A stretch of DNA of 64,000 bases from an archaeon (GTDB taxonomy: Archaea > Asgardarchaeota > Thorarchaeia > Thorarchaeales > Thorarchaeaceae). Both the position numbers and the translations under genes were made by a program. Under the pieces are notes generated by a model. That model saw only the letters and a list, made by a program, of their open reading frames with translations, was not told the DNA's origin and searched no databases. Shown one piece after another: positions 59,666 to 64,000 of the stretch; the first letter of the stretch is position 1, and the number at the start of each line of letters is the position of its first letter. The stretch covers positions 90,614 through 154,613 of the forward strand of contig JAJRWI010000033.1 of the NCBI GenBank assembly GCA_024276825.1, written 5' to 3'.

Positions 59666-61759
59666 TCAGGGAACCGTCAGGGTTTCTGACGTTTCAACAT
59701 TACTGCCACTGTCGTAAGTATAACCACTCTTTACGAGGTTGGTCACAGTAGATGTGTAGGTGCCTTTGCCGCCCTGCTGGTATACAAAAGTGACCGTACC
59801 ATCTGCACCAGTGAGAGCATTACCTGTAGCAGTTGATCCACCCGGAAGTGTCATTTCCAAGTAGACATCAACTCCTTCCAGCGCGTTGCCATTCTGGTCA
59901 TGGACTGTGACCTTAGTGTATACATCGTAGCCGATGATCCAGAACCACCATCTGACAGGCTCATACCACATGTCGATTGATGCAACATGCATTGTGTTGT
60001 CGCCATAGGTTGTGGCTGAGGCTGGGTCGGACTTTGTACCCTCGTTGCCAGCAGTGTCAACTGCTGAAACCTCATAGGTGTATGTTGTACTGGGTGATAG
60101 ACCAGTATCTGTGTATGTTGTTGATGTGGTTGTGGCTATCTTCACACCATCTCTGTATATGTTGTAATAGCTTAGGTCGGACTCAGTGTTGGCGTCCCAA
60201 CTAAGATCAATTGAAGTGGATGATGCTGGTGTTGCAGTCAATCCAGTCACCTTGGCAGGCGGTGTTGTATCTGGTGGTGCTGGGTCTGTTGTGGCTGAGG
60301 CTGGGTCGGACTTTGTACCCTCGTTGCCAGCAGTGTCAACTGCCGAAACCTCATAGGTGTATGTGGTTTCGGGACTTAGGCCTGAGTCTGAATATGTAGT
60401 AGCAGTTGTAGTCCCGATCAGGGTCCCATCTCTGTAAATGTTATAGTGGTCAAGATCTGACTCGCTGTTTGCATTCCAACTGAGGTCAATCTGACTTGAT
60501 GACACTGTTGTAGCGGTCAGTCCAGTCACCTGAGCGGGTGGTGTTGTGTCTGGTGGTGTGCCGCCACCTGCTGCATCAACAGCTGCTACTGAATTCACCT
60601 CACCATAACCATAGTACTGATCCCAGCCAGTGGCACCGAGGTCAGTGCTGGTTGTGTGTAGAATGTCCCTGACTTCAGGAGGTGTGAGATTCGGGTTAGC
60701 ACTGAGAATCAATGCGACTACGCCTGCAACCATTGGTGTGGCCATGGATGTGCCACTCATGGTGTCATAGTCGTTGCTGTAGCCATACCACCAGCTAGTC
60801 AGAGTCACTGAATATGTGGGCATGGTGCTGTAAATGTCAACTCCTGGAGCAACAACCTCTTGCTCGGGTCCATAGTTGCTGAAGCTAGCAAGGTTGTGGT
60901 TGGAATCAATTGCACCCACCGCAATGGCATTTGTATATGCTGCAGGATATGATATTGTGCCAGTACCATCATTTCCAGATGCAGCTACAACAACTATCCC
61001 TGCATTATATGCACGAGTGACAGCATCATCAAATGAAGCATCATAGCTTCCACCACCAAGGCTCATTGAGATGACATCCATCCCGTTATTGATTGCCCAG
61101 TCGATACCTGCAATGATGTCACTGGTGTAGCCAGATCCCTGATCGTCAAGAACTCTGACTGCATATAGTGAGGCATGTGGTGCTGTTCCAATAACACCAA
61201 TCCCATTGTCCTCAGCTGCTACTATGCCAGCACAATGAGTTCCATGACCATTTCCATCCAAGGGGTCTGCATCATTGTCTACAAAATCATATCCGCCTCG
61301 ATAGTTGTCATCAAGGTCCGGATGGGTGTAATCAATTCCTGTGTCCAGAATTGCCACCTTGACGCCAGTGCCATCAACATTGCCTGGGATCACATCGACA
61401 GCATTCTCGCTGCCTCCCCAGACAACCTCGGCATCAACATCATCCACACCCCAATCGAGTGTGTCTTGGCAAATCCTCCATTCCTTATCAATCTGTATTG
61501 AGCTCACAAACCACGCGTTCTCCAATATCCTGTACATGGAAACAGGAATACGAGCTGCAACTCCATTGAGTGCATCGTACCTGTGAATGATCTCCATGCC
61601 ATGGATATCCACTTTCACATTTGAATCAAACATGATTATTGCATCAACAAATCTCTCTCTTCCGCGAACATCAACTGCAGTTGAGTTGACAACTACTGAG
61701 AAAACAAGTACGGAAGCGATGAGAACTGTTAGCATTAGTATCCTATGCTTATGTTTCAT
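59666..61759 (-). CDS. Secreted S8 subtilisin with prodomain, two FN3 domains and a C-terminal Ig-like domain
   Basis: ILDTGID, GHGTHCAG, GTSMATP; signal peptide. Confidence 0.96.
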   Translation of the reverse strand: MKHKHRILMLTVLIASVLVFSVVVNSTAVDVRGRERFVDAIIMFDSNVKVDIHGMEIIHRYDALNGVAARIPVSMYRILENAWFVSSIQIDKEWRICQDTLDWGVDDVDAEVVWGGSENAVDVIPGNVDGTGVKVAILDTGIDYTHPDLDDNYRGGYDFVDNDADPLDGNGHGTHCAGIVAAEDNGIGVIGTAPHASLYAVRVLDDQGSGYTSDIIAGIDWAINNGMDVISMSLGGGSYDASFDDAVTRAYNAGIVVVAASGNDGTGTISYPAAYTNAIAVGAIDSNHNLASFSNYGPEQEVVAPGVDIYSTMPTYSVTLTSWWYGYSNDYDTMSGTSMATPMVAGVVALILSANPNLTPPEVRDILHTTSTDLGATGWDQYYGYGEVNSVAAVDAAGGGTPPDTTPPAQVTGLTATTVSSSQIDLSWNANSESDLDHYNIYRDGTLIGTTTATTYSDSGLSPETTYTYEVSAVDTAGNEGTKSDPASATTDPAPPDTTPPAKVTGLTATPASSTSIDLSWDANTESDLSYYNIYRDGVKIATTTSTTYTDTGLSPSTTYTYEVSAVDTAGNEGTKSDPASATTYGDNTMHVASIDMWYEPVRWWFWIIGYDVYTKVTVHDQNGNALEGVDVYLEMTLPGGSTATGNALTGADGTVTFVYQQGGKGTYTSTVTNLVKSGYTYDSGSNVETSETLTVP
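60008..60556 (-). repeat. Tandem 279-bp duplication encoding the two FN3 domains
   Basis: Period 279 nt; a ~75-nt block identical except for one base (~60010-60087 vs ~60289-60364). Confidence 0.9.
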
Positions 61760-61947
61760 CCTAATCACCGAAAGCCCAAGTTCGTCCTCGATTGGACCCT
61801 GGGCACTCTCTCAACCCGAAGGTCTTCTATGATAGTGATGCATAACATCCAATCTTACTTATAAATCATTTGGGAACTCATGCATGCAAGATTTCCCATA
61901 ATGAATATATATGCTCTTGCTATACCATGCAACTAGGTGTTATTGAT

Positions 61948-62451
61948 ATGGCGTTAAAACTCCTGCAAGGAAAAACACGCCCAACGAGGTTTTTGAGCAG
62001 GGTTGTTCTAGTAAGCGTTCTACTTACTATAGTCATCCCACTCATCAATCTTCCAACAGTGAGTGCGAATACTCCCAATGATGATTACCTGTTTAATGTA
62101 ACAATTGCTGATGCATGCTATCTTGACGCAGACTATGACTATTATACTGATGATGTGTTGGTAGTACTCAAATTTGATCTTGGATATGCATTGATTTATG
62201 ACTTCTACTACCTTATCACACTCACGTTACCTTCTGGACTAGAATACAGCTATCTGGTTCATGTGCTGGCATGGGCTGACACAATTTATCTCTACAATGT
62301 GTTCTACGACCATGCTACTGAGAGCGGCAACTACACAGTTTATGTTAGTGCCCTAATGGTAAGCCCAACCACTGCAACTGATTCTGGGATATATGTATTC
62401 GACCCACCTGGAGGTAGTCCTGGCGGAAGACCCACGTTTGACGTGTTCTAA
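61948..62451 (+). CDS. Secreted beta-rich hypothetical protein
   Basis: Signal peptide, D-x-D-x-D-like motif DADYDYYTDD, GNYTV, FDPPG. Confidence 0.7.
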   Translation: MALKLLQGKTRPTRFLSRVVLVSVLLTIVIPLINLPTVSANTPNDDYLFNVTIADACYLDADYDYYTDDVLVVLKFDLGYALIYDFYYLITLTLPSGLEYSYLVHVLAWADTIYLYNVFYDHATESGNYTVYVSALMVSPTTATDSGIYVFDPPGGSPGGRPTFDVF

Positions 62452-62521
62452 AAATTGTGCTAATAGTAAGACTTGAATATCTTCAACAAAAACTCAATCC
62501 TAATGGGGGACTACTCGAGAA

Positions 62522-63712
62522 GTGGTGACTTGGAAGAGCCGTGGTCTAGAGGTGAAGGATTACCAGATATTCCTTCAACTCGATCGCAATCCATCGCAGA
62601 GCAATCTTGCAATTGCAAAAGAAGTCGGTCTATCCGCAGAGGCAGTGCGTATCAGACGTCAAGCACTGAAAAAATCTCGATTTCTAAGGGAAGATGCAAC
62701 TATTCATGATGCAATTCTGGGAGAACGTCGTCAGACGGAGATCCAGGCAGTGTATCACCCCAACAAGCTTGGTCTTCTCAGGCAGCATGTTCTCTTCAGA
62801 AACATAACTGACAGAAAGTCACTGAACTCGCTGAAGATGCTCTGTGATGTTCATCCTTATACGCATTATAGATCTGTTATGTACGGCCAAAACGCAACAC
62901 TCTATGTGCAGTTTGACATCCCTCCTGCCATCAGAAGAAACATGCAGATATTATACTCATCACTTCTTGAGAGAGGGCTTTACAAGAGTCTGGAAGTCAT
63001 TGATGAAAAATATGGGGTTTCCCAGAAGGCAGACTTTGCTCGCTGGAATATGGACGACAACTCTTGGACTCTCACATATCAACAAAAATCAAGTATTAGT
63101 GAGAGAACAAGCAAGATTGAGGACCTGTGGGAAGAGTTCATGAGGATGAAGAACAAGCCTCAAGCAGAGATTCTGCAACCTGCATTGGTCTATAACTTTG
63201 ACTCATTAGACATGCTCCTCCTCAGGGAGCTCACAATAAACTCACGAGTAACTATCAAGGACCTGGCAAAGGCTTACGGAAAAGACGCGTCTACTATCTC
63301 TCGCCGAATCGCTCGTATCCGTGAACTTGTTGCCCCCGAAGACTTGCTGTACTATAACTACTCGGTGTTCGACCTGACCTATGCACAGATAATCACTGGC
63401 GTGTTCAATAAGAACTCACATCTCGATGATGAGAGATTCTATCAGTTCATCAAGTCTGGAGTCTTGCCCTTTGAATGCAAGGGAGTCACAGATGGTCAGC
63501 AGTTCCTAATATACCTCCACACACCACCATCCTACGCTTCAGACTTTTCGGAGTTCTTCTGGGAGCATGCTGACAATGTGGAGATATTCCAGATGCAGCT
63601 GGGCAGCTCATTCACCTACTTCTTCTATCACGAGAACTATCTTGGCGATGGTATGTGGAAGACTGACAAGAAATACGTTCTCGATGATCCCCTCGCATCT
63701 ATTGACAATTAG
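62522..63712 (+). CDS. Double-HTH (Lrp/AsnC-like) transcriptional regulator
   Basis: N-terminal IAKEVGLSAEAVRIR and internal DMLLLREL..NSR..IKDLA...STISRRI. Confidence 0.8.
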   Translation: MVTWKSRGLEVKDYQIFLQLDRNPSQSNLAIAKEVGLSAEAVRIRRQALKKSRFLREDATIHDAILGERRQTEIQAVYHPNKLGLLRQHVLFRNITDRKSLNSLKMLCDVHPYTHYRSVMYGQNATLYVQFDIPPAIRRNMQILYSSLLERGLYKSLEVIDEKYGVSQKADFARWNMDDNSWTLTYQQKSSISERTSKIEDLWEEFMRMKNKPQAEILQPALVYNFDSLDMLLLRELTINSRVTIKDLAKAYGKDASTISRRIARIRELVAPEDLLYYNYSVFDLTYAQIITGVFNKNSHLDDERFYQFIKSGVLPFECKGVTDGQQFLIYLHTPPSYASDFSEFFWEHADNVEIFQMQLGSSFTYFFYHENYLGDGMWKTDKKYVLDDPLASIDN

Positions 63713-63785
63713 TGCCACTTTCCAAGCCTACTTATTTGTAAAAATCTGGCACACCAGAACCAATTCATGTAAGGTGTGTCTGTCA

Positions 63786-64000
63786 TTGGTGCGAGAGAAG
63801 AACCAAGGCCCCAGAATAACCGAAGAGAAAGAGACTGTTGAACGAATGATTCGCTACTATTGCACAAAGAAGCATGATACATCTGAACTATGTGAGAGCT
63901 GCACCGAACTCCTTCATTATGCACATCGGCGTCTGGAGTTCTGTCGATTTGGTGAGGACAAGCCATCCTGCCGCAAATGTCCTGTTCATTGCTATAGTCC
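63786..64000 (+). CDS. YgbA family (nitrous oxide-stimulated promoter) protein, partial
   Basis: Own translation RITEEKETVERMIRYYC..KH...LCESCTELLHYAHRRLEFCRFGEDKPSCRKCPVHCY. Confidence 0.88.
   Translation, partial: MVREKNQGPRITEEKETVERMIRYYCTKKHDTSELCESCTELLHYAHRRLEFCRFGEDKPSCRKCPVHCYS

Noticed and set aside
61774-61804. SECIS element
   Set aside because: No in-frame TGA in adjacent genes and the GAA is on the wrong arm
63709-63966. Minus-strand 85-aa ORF
   Set aside because: Shadow of the plus-strand YgbA-family gene
1-64000. CRISPR arrays, IS elements, integrases, rRNA
   Set aside because: No spaced repeats, transposase/integrase motifs or long non-coding GC-rich tracts seen

Overview
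Gene-dense archaeal chromosome segment. Gene content and motifs suggest an Asgard archaeon, possibly Thorarchaeota-like (inference). It opens with the exosome/proteasome superoperon (psmA-SBDS-rrp4-rrp41-rrp42) and a Zn/Mn ABC transporter. A ~36 kb anaerobic redox region follows (7.4-43 kb): a Thermococcales-like group 3b [NiFe]-hydrogenase operon (hydBGDA); two ~1000-1150 aa double-flavin HdrA proteins, one fused to MvhD; three hdrCB pairs; a DUF2096-like gene; a radical SAM enzyme; a korDABC operon split by a PAS kinase-like gene and a pseudogene remnant; a complex-I-ordered (nuoA-B-C-D-H-I) group 4 [NiFe]-hydrogenase core with no adjacent antiporter genes; and a 2-hydroxyacyl-CoA dehydratase with its activator. 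The rest holds a CoA ligase, FTR1, ahcY, flavodoxin, an HD hydrolase, a eukaryote-like CIA2/MIP18, a Regnase-type PIN RNase, two ArsB/NhaD transporters, a FAD-linked dehydrogenase, a subtilisin with duplicated FN3 domains and several regulators. Signals not in the ORF track: (i) a shared ATKGTGCCA box exactly 10 nt upstream of TATA-like elements of the hyd, hdrA-mvhD and hdrCB promoters; (ii) an Asp/His-rich surface protein resembling coral SAARP/CARP-type proteins, paired with a transmembrane one-component regulator; (iii) two nonsense-decayed pseudogenes and two single-base frameshifted genes; (iv) palindromic operators. No CRISPR, rRNA, convincing tRNA, transposase or selenocysteine codon was found.
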